A stretch of DNA of 64,000 bases from Anthoceros angustus (Eukaryota; Plantae; Anthocerotophyta): positions 1,488,001 through 1,552,000 of the forward strand of contig MU008161.1 in NCBI GenBank assembly GCA_010909165.1. The letters run 5' to 3'. Below, piece after piece: positions 49,304 through 60,593 of this stretch (positions within the stretch are counted from its first letter, which is position 1; each line of letters begins with the position of its first letter). A program made the translations under genes and the position numbers. The notes under the pieces were generated by a model, which was not told the DNA's origin, searched no databases, and saw only the letters and a list, made by a program, of their open reading frames with translations.

Positions 49304-51016
49304 TCAGTTGAAGAGTTTGATGCCCCAAGGAACGTCCTCGCAATGTCGAACATAAGGAAGAATTTTGCCAGGGTCTCGGCCGCCCCGCCCCTCGCAATCC
49401 AGCAGGGGCGGGGAATGGAAGCAGGGTTCGATGGAGAGGCCCTTGGAGCAGGCGGGGTACGGAACCCTGGCTGCGCCATCTTGGGCCTTGGTCAGAATCC
49501 AGGGGCGCAGCCCGGCCATGGATTGAGCCACGTAGCCGAAGGTGGACCAGGCGCTGGTCACCAGCTCGTCGCTGAAGGAAAGCAAGAAGATTTCGGCCAG
49601 AGCTTTCAGATCGTGGAGCTTGTCTTCCGCTTTCTGCCATAGCTCGTGGCTTGGCTCGTGGACGCTCACAATCTGGCCAGTCCCAGTAGGATGGCGGAGG
49701 AACATGTCCCGGAGCTGGTCGTAGTAGTGCTGCTGGAGTGACGTCACCAGGACGGACAATCTGGGTGCTCCGCAATCTTGGCCTTTGCCAGTCCGGGAGG
49801 GCGTTGGCCTGTCAGTGAGCGTGATGTTGGGAAGGATATTGTTGCCGAAGATGCACGCCAGGAGCTGTGGTGCGGCGTAGCTTGGCACCTTGCTGGAGCG
49901 GTCGAAGGTGCGAACCTGGATGCCCACCTGCATTTCTGCTGCCGCAAGATACTGCTGTTTGAAGCGGGAAATCAGGCCCCACACCTCGTCGGAAGGATGG
50001 AACAGGTAGCGGCTGAGATGGTAGAAAGCAGTTTCGCGTTGCGGGAAGAGTCTTTCCAGCTCTGGCCTCAACGATGGAAGGAAGTGAAGCCCTGGGATGA
50101 CGTAGTTGTTGGACCTTATGAACAGCCATGGGATGGATCGCAGGAGCCCCTGGCCTTTGGAGCAGAAGAATCTGCGGTCGTTGTCGTCGTACGTGTGTGT
50201 GAGATGCACGTAACTGTAGGGCTTGGCTGGGACGTCCTGGCTCCTGTTCCAGCCTGCGAGAAGACATCCGAACCTGGCTGGCGAGCTTTCATTCAGCGCT
50301 CGGAGCCAAGTTGTTGGAAAAGTCCGTGGAAGGTACCAGGACGAGCCTGGAAAGGGTTCGCATACAAGGGCCTGGAAGGTTGCATCTCCGTCCACTAGAA
50401 GAACCCTGTCTGTCAGAAGTGCGTACACAAAGGCCGAAGCGATGCTCAGCAGTCGGTTGCCCAGGCCACTGTAGGCGATCCACACCACGTACTGACATCC
50501 TCCCGTGTCCTGGCTCAACATTTCTTCAACCCAGCCTTCCCTGGTGCCGTCCATGCGGATGTTCGCTCTGGAAGCGCATAGCTTGTGGAGAGCCTCATAC
50601 CTACGAAGCCTGGAGACGAGGTAATCAGAGGCCTTCAGTTGCGAGGCCCGCCGGTAACGAGGCAGCTGCGTCCGGCTTTCACACTTGCAGTCCAGGGAGC
50701 TCCTGTCTGCAATTTTCAAGACCATATCACATTGCTACAGTCCCTCTTCATGCTTCGAAGACTTAATTTTCCTGGAATTCCCCTTGCGGATGCAGCACTA
50801 GGCACATTGGATGGAATTCATACCTGTGGACGTGTTGGTGGCGGGAGAGAGATCATCGTTGATCATCCTGGCAAGAAATAAGTAAGTACTGGCGCAGATC
50901 AGAAGCACAGTTGCCACCAGAAGGTAGACCTTCCTTTCTGCTCCCCTTGGTGGCGAGAATTTGCAACCGCATAGACATATCGGCGACTTGAAAGATACGG
51001 ACTTGAAAGAAGCCAT
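49304..51016 (-). CDS. Xyloglucan-type alpha-1,2-fucosyltransferase, family GT37 (FUT1/MUR2-like); 2 exons
   Basis: Exon 51016-50824 has an N-terminal TM helix and joins across a GT-AG intron to exon 50706-49304. Motifs: SGLGNRLLSIASAFVYALLTDRVLLVD, CEPFPGSSW, VGIQVR, HEPSHE, KALAEIFLLSFSDELVTSAWSTFGYVAQ and EPCFHSPP. Confidence 0.93.
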
Positions 51017-51412
51017 TCAACCTTCTCCAACAGCAGTCCATGTGCACTCCTGATTGACTACCACGCGTTTGGCAAAATAGGCTTCTGAACGCCTGCTCTC
51101 ACTAAAGATGCCACGACTAGCAAAATGCGCTCCACCCCTGCCAAGATAGTGTCGCTCTGAATTTCGAACGGAGATCCTGCGGTTTCTTGGTCGTCACACT
51201 TGGTTTTCGTGAAAGTGTGCTCCACCTGAGTCCTCAACTCGTCTAGCCGGAACACTCAAATGCTTGAGACTGTGTCCCAATGATGTGCGCTCCTTACAGA
51301 TCAGGAGGCGTGCATTTTCCGCGGCAATATTTGCCTTCTATGCGAACCATATGTCACTAGGGTATCCGTTCTTATGGTATATATTGCAAACAGTGCGCCT
51401 GACCGATTGTTG

Positions 51413-52985
51413 ATGGCATGTCGTGCGGTAACGTTGTGTCATTCATTCACAGCTTTAGCTGGGAAGTTGGTCCACGCATGCCCTGACAAGTACCAGATCA
51501 CCATTTCCAGGGGATCTTTCAGAAGCGAGTTGTCATTGCTGAAAATAGGGCCATCTGACCGTAGGCGAGTGCATTGTGCTTCTGTAGCAAACATGGTTCT
51601 GGCATTCCCTGTAACAAAACTGACCTATTTTGAGGACATGTGGGCACTTCAGGCTAAGGCCACAGTCTTGAATTTCTCTCAAGTACGTATCACAGTGTGC
51701 AATGACTTGCTAGTGACTGACGCTGGGAGGCTAACGTTGTGGACTTGAATGTATGCAGGATGGAGATCGCTTAAGTGTTGTGCTAGATCAGACGATCCTT
51801 TATCCACAAGGAGGAGGTCAACCGGCTGACACGGGGTTCATCTCTTCTCTTGATGGACAAGTTCAATTTCTGGTGAACGATGTGAGGTTGAAGAGTGGCA
51901 TAGTAAGTGCACTCGGTCATTGTATCGCCTTTGATGCAAGTGTATGTACTCCATGTCCTAAACTTTGGTTCGTCAGGTGCATCACTATGGGATCTTCCAA
52001 GCGAACCAGAATGCGAATGCCTTTCAACAAGGTCAGGAAGTAGCCCTGTCTGTTGACAGACCTCGACGAGAGCTTAATTGCAGGTCACCTCGGCAGGCCT
52101 TCACCACCACGCTGGATAACTTGGTCTGTTCTTTTACCCACTGCTTCTCTGTGTTCTGGCATTGATTTCAGGCTTCATTCAGCAGGGCACCTGCTAGATG
52201 CTTGTATGCATAACGTGGGACTTCCTTCATTGGAGCCAACAAAGGGCCATCACTTTCCTGACGGGTGTTTCCCTCATCATTGACATTTTCTGATGTAATA
52301 CATTTCTGTCATTTTGTCGCCGAAATAACTAACCCTAGCACGGTCTGTTCATGTCTATAATTCAGTCCTTTTGTGGAGTACAAAGGTTGTATACAGCCCA
52401 ACGAGTTAGACAGCAAACGTGCTGAGCTAGAGTCAGATGCAAACAAACTTGTGGCAGCAGGGGGCAAAGTAGGTGTTATCACAACCTGGAGTGCTTGGCA
52501 GACTTGCCCTCATTGAAGAATTGTAAGGTTTTCACTTCAAGTTTGTCAAAGAGCTTGAGATGGTATTGTAGGTACGTGCTGTCATCGTGCCCTATGACGA
52601 GGCAGCTAGTCTATGCGGAGGAAAGCTTCCTGATTACATATCAAAGGTACCCTTTTATCACATATCCTGGTCAATTTGCAGGTGTCCCCCCAAAAGTGCA
52701 CTGAAAGAAATGCTATTAGTTGAGACAACGTTTGTGTGTTGACAGGAGAGTGCCCCTCGCATTGTCTTGTTGGGTGACCACCTTGGATGTCCTTGCGGAG
52801 GAACTCATGTCGCAGATATCTCCGAAATCGGACCCATAAAGGTATGTACTTGTTTCATTCCTGAACAACCGTTCACTGAGATCCTGTTGTCGCTGTTTAG
52901 AGTTCACGTCAGTCTAGATGTCCTGCAGGTTACTAGCATTCGAGTGAAGAAGGGTGTGACTAAAGTCTCGTACAACCTGCAATAA
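51413..52985 (+). CDS. AlaX-type free-standing alanyl-tRNA editing protein (tRNA_SAD domain), multi-exon; start uncertain (51374/51413/51593), possible plastid transit peptide
   Basis: Exons give VVLDQTILYPQGGGQPADTG, LHSAGHLLD (HxxxH), GHHFPDG, PFVEYKG, GCPCGGTHV (CxxxH) and IRVKKGVTKVSYNLQ*. Confidence 0.9.
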
Positions 52986-53182
52986 AGCATTTCGATTGCT
53001 GTATCTGAGGAAGGCCACCATACATGCTCCGCATGCCATGTGTGTGTCTCGGAAGTTCACCAGTTTAGGTCAACGTGGAGGTAGGACCGGTATATCGGTT
53101 TGCTATGAGTTGTGATCTTTGGGGGTCGCCATCTGTCTTTTAGCGAGTAGCCGGTGCGGGGCGCAACAGCGCCACAGGAGCC

Positions 53183-53767
53183 ATGGTCACTCCTCTGGTG
53201 AAGCGCACGGTGGTGAAGAAGAGGATCAATCGCGCATGCAATCTGGTTCGGGTAGATGTGGGTGGACATGGTGGGTGCCGAAGCAATGTTGGGAAGAACG
53301 CTGGGGGAGCACTTAGGAACGTGAAGTTTTTGTACTTTGACGAGTGTTTTAGGAGAACTGGATATGACCGAAGGGTATTGACTCCCTCGTGAGGAGGAAG
53401 TTCAAGGAAACAACCTTAATGCCCAACATTGGTTACGGCTCGGGTAAGATGACCCGAAATGTCCTGTCCTTCGGCTTTGTCAAGTTCATTGTCCATAACG
53501 TGAAGCAGCTGGATCTGGTGTCGGTGCCCAGCAGGTTTGTACTTTGTTATGCTGTTCCTGATAGAATTACGTCGCAAAATGTGGGTTTTGGAACGTTAGT
53601 TGGTTCATTCTGCACTTGCGCGCTCGTGCAACACGCAGGAAGTTCAGTGTGGAAATTGCACAAATTGTCTCAACTGCGACGAGGAAGGCTGTGTTGAAAG
53701 GGCTCAGCAGTTGAATGTTGCTGTCACCTCTTTGTCTGCTCGTCTCCGCAGCCAGGGGGACGACTAA
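53183..53767 (+). pseudogene. RPL32: 60S ribosomal protein L32 pseudogene (intron-retaining)
   Basis: MVTPLVKRTVVKKR...W I * PKGIDSLVRRKFK.TTLMPNIGYGS...F.KFIVHNVKQL...VEIAQIVST..RK(frameshift)VERAQQLNVAVT...ARLRSQGDD*. One in-frame TGA in WRRPKG and a 1-nt frameshift near 53695. Confidence 0.85.
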
Positions 53768-53919
53768 CCAGTACGTTTTGTAGTGAGGAGTTTTAAAGAG
53801 TGTTCCTTTCATCTACCGTTTATATTATTGGCATGACTCGGCTCTGTTTTGTCGCAAACGCCAGGTGATGAACGACAAAGGCATTGGTCGATTAGCACAA
53901 GGAGTAGGGTTCTGAACGT

Positions 53920-56900
53920 TTAGCCATTGAAGACGTGAGGAACACAGTTCCACTGAACACAAGACATGGTTGTCTGAGCGGCAGTGTGAGAGGGGTATCT
54001 TAATACGATAGTGCAATGTCTTGCAATTGAGATTTGCTGCGGCAATCTGCGCCTGCTTCCTGCTTCTTTCTTCATTTTGGAAAATACATGGTTCAGCCTA
54101 GTTTCACTCTTGGGATGCTTATGATCCCCAACCATAAAACTGTGCACCCGTCCGTCCATATCTGTCCACCAACTCTGACCCGGCTGCTTCCATGCCCTGA
54201 TTCTTATTCTCCTTGCCTGCATCTCCTGTGCCTGCTCCCACAGCTGCGCATCGGTGTATATATTCCACATCAACATATATGCTGCAGCATCATCCCCGTC
54301 TAGCTTCACTGCTTCATCAAAAGCCTGCCATCCTACCTCCACATCGTTCCACTTTCGACAAGCACCGAGAAGAGTGTGCCAAATTGCAGCATCAGGCAGC
54401 ACAGGCATGGTGCTTATCAAAGTGAGTGCCTCATCCAATCGGCCTGCACGGCCCAGGAGATCCACCATGCATGTGTAGTGGTCCACAGTGGGAGTGATGG
54501 CGTAGTGTCTGCTCATAGCCTCAAAGTACGCTCTTCCCTTGTTCACTAGACCTGCATGACTGCATGCTGTTAGTATGCTAAGGAATGTGATGCCCACTGG
54601 CTGTATGCCATCCTCTCGCATTCTCTGGAGCAGGTCAAAGACCACTTCACTGTCTCCTTGGCTGGTGTAGCCTGCAATCAGGATACTCCAGGTGATAGCG
54701 TCTTTTTCGGCCAAGGCATCAAACACCTGCTGTGCATCAATCATACTCCCAGACTTTCCATACATGTTCATCAAACTGTGGGCTACCAACACATCAGCAT
54801 GAAGCCCTTGTTGTTCAATCTGAGCATGCAGATGCCTTCCCAGGTGCAAAGCTGCCATATTTGCACATGCCTGCAGGACGCAAACAAATGTCACGGAATT
54901 GGGTACAGCAGTGCCTTCATCTTGCATAGCACTGTAAAGTCCGAGGGCTTCCTGGCCCATGCCCTGCTGGGAGTACCCTGCTATCATGGCGTTCCACGCC
55001 ACCACATCTTTTTGACCAAGTCCATTAAAAACGCCCTGAGCATCCTCCAAGCTGCCGCACTTTGCATACATGTTCACCAAACTGGTTGCTACAAAAACGT
55101 CAGTTTGATCTCCTCGTTCCCTAATCTGCATGTGGAGCTGCTTCCCCTTCTCCAGAGCAGGGCTGCCCACACTTGCACATGCCTGCAAGAGGCACACAAA
55201 TGTCACAGAGTTCGGTACAGCGATGTTGCCATCTTGCATAACGCTGTAGAGACGAAGGGCTTCCTGTCCCATACCTTGCTGGGAATATCCTGCTATCATT
55301 GCAGTCCACGTCACCACATCTTTTTGCCTAAGTCCGTCAAACACCCTTTGAGCATCTTCTACACTGCCGCACTTTGCATACATGTTTACCAAACTGTTGC
55401 CGACAAGCACATCAGCTTGGAGTCCTCGTTCTCTAATTTGTGTGTGAAGCTGCTTCCCCTTCTCCAACGCCAGGCTGCCCACACTTGCACAAGCGTGCAG
55501 GAGGCACACAAATGTCACAGAATCAGGCACAGCCATGCCATCTTCTTGCATAGCATTGTGAATAAGAAGGGCTTCCCGCCCCATGCCCTGCTGGGAATAC
55601 CGTGCAATCATTGCATTCCACATCACGACATCCTTTTGACCAGAACTGTCAAACACTCGTTGAGCGTCTTCTAAGCTGCCACACTTTGCATACATGTTTA
55701 CCAAACTGTCAGCTACGAACAAATCAGATATATATCCTCGTTCCTTGATTTGTGTATGAAGGTGCTTCCCCTTCTCCAACGCCACACTTCCAACACTTGC
55801 ACAGGCTTGCAGGAGGCACACAAATGTCACTGAATTGGGTATAGCGATGCCTTCGTGTTGCATCGCACTGTAAAGACGAAGGGCTTGCTGACCCATGCCC
55901 TGCTGGGAATACCCAGCTATCATGGCATTCCAAGTCACCACATCTTTTTTGACAAGGCCGTCAAACACTCTTTGAGCAACCTCTAGGTCGCCACATTTTG
56001 CATACATGTTGACCAAACTGTTGGCCACAAACACATCAGCGTGATATCCCCTCTCTCGAAGTTGTGCGTGAAGCAGCTTCCCCTTCTCCAAAGCCGGGGT
56101 GCCCAAACTTGCACATGCCTGCAATACGCACACGAATGTCACGGAATCGGGCACAGCCTTGCCATCTTCTTGCATAGCACTGTAGAGACGAAGGGCTTCC
56201 TGCCCTATGCCTTGCTGGGAGTACCCTCCTATCATGGCATTCCATGTCACCACATCTTTTTGCCGAAGCCCGTTGAACACTCTTGCAGCGTGTTCCAAGC
56301 TCCTACACGTTGCATACATGTCCACCAAGGAGTTACAAACGAACAAATCAGGCTCAACCCCACTGGCCAACACATCAGCATGCACCTCCTGCCCAGTTTT
56401 CAAATCTGCTCCTCTGGCACAAGCCTGAAGAGCTGCCACAAATACATGGCCATCTGGCTTCACATTTGACCTGCGCATCCGCTGATAAAGCTGTATGGCC
56501 TGCTTGTCTTGTCCATGTTTAACATGCGCAGAAATAATGGAAGACCACATGAAGGCATCTGGTTGGGAAACAGCGGTGAACACATCCATCGCGTCTTGCA
56601 ACCTCCCGTGGGAAGCATACATTCGCAATATGTGGTTGCCCAGGAACGTGTCCGACTGATACCCCATTCTCACCGTCAATGCATGGACGCGGCGACCCAC
56701 AACAAGATCCTTTCTAACAACACAATTCTTGAGGACAGTATACAAGAGAGATTTGGGAATACAACCATCTGTCTGCACCAAAACTCCCAAAGCCTCCACA
56801 GCCTCAGTGTGAAAGCCCTGATGACATAGGTTGCTAATGGTACTAGCAGTTACACCCCCTTCAGGATCAGCGCCATCCGTGACGCGCCAGGTGGATTCAG

Positions 56901-56922
56901 AAGATCGCAGATCAATCTCCAT
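53920..56922 (-). CDS. PLS-class pentatricopeptide repeat protein with E1/E2/E+ and a PGxSWW box but no deaminase (DYW) core; organellar RNA-editing factor type
   Basis: About 1000-codon intronless ORF with about 7 P-L-S triplets, then L2-S2-E1-E2 and KQPGQSWWTDMDGRVHSFMVGD. No HSE(K/R)LA or CxxCH motif follows in any frame. First ATG is 56922 (56952 is TTG); an upstream exon is possible. Confidence 0.93.
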   Translation of the reverse strand: MEIDLRSSESTWRVTDGADPEGGVTASTISNLCHQGFHTEAVEALGVLVQTDGCIPKSLLYTVLKNCVVRKDLVVGRRVHALTVRMGYQSDTFLGNHILRMYASHGRLQDAMDVFTAVSQPDAFMWSSIISAHVKHGQDKQAIQLYQRMRRSNVKPDGHVFVAALQACARGADLKTGQEVHADVLASGVEPDLFVCNSLVDMYATCRSLEHAARVFNGLRQKDVVTWNAMIGGYSQQGIGQEALRLYSAMQEDGKAVPDSVTFVCVLQACASLGTPALEKGKLLHAQLRERGYHADVFVANSLVNMYAKCGDLEVAQRVFDGLVKKDVVTWNAMIAGYSQQGMGQQALRLYSAMQHEGIAIPNSVTFVCLLQACASVGSVALEKGKHLHTQIKERGYISDLFVADSLVNMYAKCGSLEDAQRVFDSSGQKDVVMWNAMIARYSQQGMGREALLIHNAMQEDGMAVPDSVTFVCLLHACASVGSLALEKGKQLHTQIRERGLQADVLVGNSLVNMYAKCGSVEDAQRVFDGLRQKDVVTWTAMIAGYSQQGMGQEALRLYSVMQDGNIAVPNSVTFVCLLQACASVGSPALEKGKQLHMQIRERGDQTDVFVATSLVNMYAKCGSLEDAQGVFNGLGQKDVVAWNAMIAGYSQQGMGQEALGLYSAMQDEGTAVPNSVTFVCVLQACANMAALHLGRHLHAQIEQQGLHADVLVAHSLMNMYGKSGSMIDAQQVFDALAEKDAITWSILIAGYTSQGDSEVVFDLLQRMREDGIQPVGITFLSILTACSHAGLVNKGRAYFEAMSRHYAITPTVDHYTCMVDLLGRAGRLDEALTLISTMPVLPDAAIWHTLLGACRKWNDVEVGWQAFDEAVKLDGDDAAAYMLMWNIYTDAQLWEQAQEMQARRIRIRAWKQPGQSWWTDMDGRVHSFMVGDHKHPKSETRLNHVFSKMKKEAGSRRRLPQQISIARHCTIVLRYPSHTAAQTTMSCVQWNCVPHVFNG

Positions 56923-57606
56923 ATTCACAACAGCAAGCTGCTTATCCAGCAAGCTCGTGCTTTTAGAAATCGTGTAGCCAGAGAATGTCCTCGGACTTCC
57001 TACGTTTGGGAGCCAGGCGATCGCTGCAGAGACGCCTGGACCTGCCGCTTCGCTGCTTGACAGGTTTCATTGCTTGAGGTCATATAATGCAACGATTGTC
57101 ACTACACATGCACAAGATGTGATTGAAGTCAACTTTTTTCCATCTGCTCAGACTTGGTGAAACTTCAGAGCAGGAAAAGTAATGACTCTTCTCAATTAGA
57201 AAAAATGAACTCCAAGATCTACGCAGTATGTAGAGCTCTTGACGAATGCCATGACATCTGTGGAGAACTGGAGACTACAAGCTTGGGGTACTACTACAGG
57301 AGCCCGTGCATATTGGTACATCCACTTCATCGCGGAAATTGATAGAACCATGGCTATGCATTGGTTCACAGATTCTGTTGGTTCTCCAGATTCAACGTAT
57401 CTGGTTCAGTTGCAAAGTACTTAGCAAGCAGTGGCAGTAGAAAAGTAGTTGTGGTTCCGAAAACTGGATGCAACCATCCCGTCTCAACCAATCCCTGAGA
57501 TTGTGCCATATCAAGACTTCTCTTGATTGGCAGCGAAGTCCTTGGACAGAACAAAGTAATGGCGAGATGGTGGGGATGCCTTGCACAGAGAGACCAGAGC
57601 ACTTCA

Positions 57607-58336
57607 TCAATCTGAAGGGCGGTTTCCAGATAGAACAGTTGCCCCACTAACTTTCTCTGGTACAAAATCTGGTGGTACAAAAGAGAGCACAATCAGGCTT
57701 GCATGGACTGCTCCTGTCCAACTCAAGAGAAAAACAACAGAATCATGACAGTAACCTGCAATGAATTCGTACTTCTCCTGGCTGTTGACAACAGATACTG
57801 CAAAAAAAAAATTGTTCAGACACCATGAGAGGGCACAAAAAAGCAGGGAGGAAAACAGCGGCCACACAAGCAGTTTAACCTAGATCCTTGTATTGCAGTG
57901 ACAGCCGATTGTCCTTGGTCATCTTCTCAAACGCATCCTCTACAAACTTCTCCAGAAATAGATCCTGCAAGCCGAGAATTAATGACATGCATGGAGTGAG
58001 ACGGTTGCTAGGCGGACCGCAATCAGCAGGCAAACTCCAACCTACCGCAGCCTTAGCGATGAGGTAGCCCGCCTCAACACCGACCCACTGAATGTCCTCC
58101 TCACTCTTGATGAGCCGGCGAACTCTGGAGATTGGAAAGGAGAGAGTGAGCGCAGCAGGCGACTTGGCAGACTTGGGAGTGTTGCGCCATGACGAGATCG
58201 GGCTGGGACAATCCTCCACAGAAGTACCGTTGCTGCTGCGAGACTTGGACTTGCCTGCCCTTCCTCCCGTAGATCTCAAAGGGAGCTCGGCTTCAGCCTC
58301 GGATTCCAGAGAAGGCTCCTCCGCCTGGCTCCTCAT
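57607..58336 (-). CDS. Histone-fold protein, DPB3/NF-YC10-like; 4 exons
   Basis: Exons 58336-58046, 57964-57880, 57797-57756 and 57668-57607 give FPISRVRRLIKSEEDI...GYLIAKAA-DLFLEKFVEDAF...LQYKDL-VSVVNSQEKYEFIA-DFVPEK. A telo-box (AAACCCTA) lies at about 58379-58386 upstream. Confidence 0.85.
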
Positions 58337-58955
58337 GCCTGAATCCACACAGTTCCGGCAATCCACTAACCCATCCACTAGGGTTTAAGTTTGACAATGG
58401 CTCCCTTCCTTTCCGGACATGAGAAATGTTCCACACCACCAAGAGGCATCGGCTGCCCCAGGCACTCTTATAGAGGTGCTCCTTCGGGTAGGAGGCTTTC
58501 CAAGAATATAACTGAATTTATACGACTCTGTTTCTGTTGATCGAAGAGGATGGCTGTTGGATTCCTCTGTTTCTGCTGTGGGTTTCTCCTTCTCCAGTTT
58601 GGAGGGTACGCCATCGGCTGCTCCTTTGCCAGAACGAGGCTATTCAACTCCGCAGCGTAGTCTGCGGCCGTGCAGCTACGCTTGCGACTCTGCCTGGGCC
58701 ACAAGTAGGAATGAATGCTATGAAGAGGAAGCGATGAAATTGCAGGCTATTAAGCGTTTGTTGGGCTCACCTTTGCACGTCCCTTCCTAACCTGTCGAGT
58801 CTGTTGGAGACAGTGGTTACTGGTCACCCTGACAAATTTTTTGTCACCAACTAAGAACCCAAGATGCAAGGCAGAATTTGCGATTGCTGGTACTCTGCAC
58901 TTTCTGCCCTGCCCGATTCGATCCAAGAGGTAGGTAGAGGCTCAAATGACCCAGA

Positions 58956-60095
58956 ATGGAACTTTCACAAGTCACTGGGGAGATGAGTCCGTCCTCTAGT
59001 GCAATCGGCCAAGATGACCCCATGGAAGAACGTCTGTGGGGAGCCCTTCCTGACCATATCATGGAAAGGATCCTTGCCTACTTGCCGATGCATTCTCTGT
59101 TCAGGATGCGGACGATATGCCAAAAATGGAATGAACTGGTGATGTCGGAGGACTTTGCCCATCTTCATTCTGCTAGCTCTCGTCAAAAGCCATGGTTCAT
59201 CACATACACTTCTGGCAACGTGTCGTCGGCTTTCAATCCTACCACGCACATGTGGCATGATGTCTCCATTCCCCTGATCTCTCCAGAAAAATGCGTGCTT
59301 GCGTCCAATCAAGGACTGCTGTGCTATGGCAGCGAGTTTTTTGCTTGGCCAAATCTGTTCACGTACAACCCATTTAGGAGGACATGGAGGCGTTTGCCTT
59401 CCATGCGCTTCATCAAAACCATATACACGGTAGGCCTGGCGTACGATAGAGGGAAACGAGCATACAAAATTGTGGTCGCTGGCTTCTTCGATGATGCAGA
59501 GAACGGAAGGCTAGCAACCGAACTCTATGACTCCACCGCCAATTCGTGGACAGTGGGAGGTACACCGTGGCCAAGCATGTCAGATGCATGGAGGCTGTGT
59601 GCAGGCTACACGCTATGGGCTCACGGAGTGTTCTACTGCCTCACTTTCTCTCCCTGGGGTCTGGTGTCGTACAGTCTCCAGGATGGGCGCTGGAGCAGAG
59701 TTCCCGTGCAGATGCCCCCAGAAATTGTGTCCCCCTCTCTTGCAGAATGTCGGGGGAGCCTCATCATGGTTGGTATGTTCGAGGAAGCAGGAGACTCGTT
59801 TAGCATCAGAGTGTGGGAGCTGGATGCTGTTAAAAGGGCATGGACTCTGGTGGAGAAAATGCCCGAAAGGCTGTGCACTGATTTCATGACTCTTCTGCTC
59901 CCCTCCAGGCACTTCTTCTGCTTTGGCAGCGGGCATATGCTGCTCCTCGTCATCTCCGAGGTTGCACCCTCTTTGCTCTATAACTTGACTGACAAATCCT
60001 GGGCGTGGATCCCAAACAGCCCTCATCTACCGGACAACGATAACTGGCAGCTCAGAGGCATTTCGTTTGAACCAAGGTTGGATACCTTTGCCTAA
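58956..60095 (+). CDS. F-box protein with kelch-like/beta-propeller C-terminus, intronless
   Basis: LWGALPDHIMERILAYLPMHSLFRMRTICQKW F-box; ASNQGLLC, YNPFRRTWRRLP, YKIVVAG, ELYDSTANSW, GSLIMVG, VWEL...W and FEPRL terminus. Confidence 0.92.
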   Translation: MELSQVTGEMSPSSSAIGQDDPMEERLWGALPDHIMERILAYLPMHSLFRMRTICQKWNELVMSEDFAHLHSASSRQKPWFITYTSGNVSSAFNPTTHMWHDVSIPLISPEKCVLASNQGLLCYGSEFFAWPNLFTYNPFRRTWRRLPSMRFIKTIYTVGLAYDRGKRAYKIVVAGFFDDAENGRLATELYDSTANSWTVGGTPWPSMSDAWRLCAGYTLWAHGVFYCLTFSPWGLVSYSLQDGRWSRVPVQMPPEIVSPSLAECRGSLIMVGMFEEAGDSFSIRVWELDAVKRAWTLVEKMPERLCTDFMTLLLPSRHFFCFGSGHMLLLVISEVAPSLLYNLTDKSWAWIPNSPHLPDNDNWQLRGISFEPRLDTFA

Positions 60096-60593
60096 CTTCC
60101 AGTAGCTCTGCTCTAGACTCGGATACTCGGAAAGCACAGACCTTACCACCTTCCATTGAGGAGATGGCGAAACACGGGACAAGCCTTGTACAACTTGTCC
60201 ATCCCTTGTAGCCATGTTCTTTGTTACAAACAACGCTATAACACACAGCACATCCTCAGAGTTCTCGAGCTGAAAGCAATGGCTGCAGCCTGGATTTGCA
60301 GTCCGTAGTCTCACGTTGACACACAATTGTGAAAACTGAGCACTGTTCAAGACCTAGCCATATCTCCTGATGTGCGGCAAAGTTACCACCAGCCCAACAA
60401 GAGCTAGACAACCTTTACATACCACCAAAATACACAAACTCTCTGACAAAATTGTGCTTTACAAGGACGCTGTATCTGCAGCTCTGGGGCTGCAGCAAAT
60501 TGCCGTGCACGACTTATCTGTCCCGTGGCAATCAAGCTACAGTCGAAGAGAGGCAGGCAGACATGTTGAAGACATCGTCACAGCCGTGACTGC

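Noticed and set aside
49037-49642. 201-aa plus-strand ORF
   Set aside because: It is an antisense shadow of the fucosyltransferase coding region.
50772-50823. 52-nt intron in the fucosyltransferase gene
   Set aside because: It leads to an immediate in-frame stop; the acceptor at 50707 restores the conserved frame.
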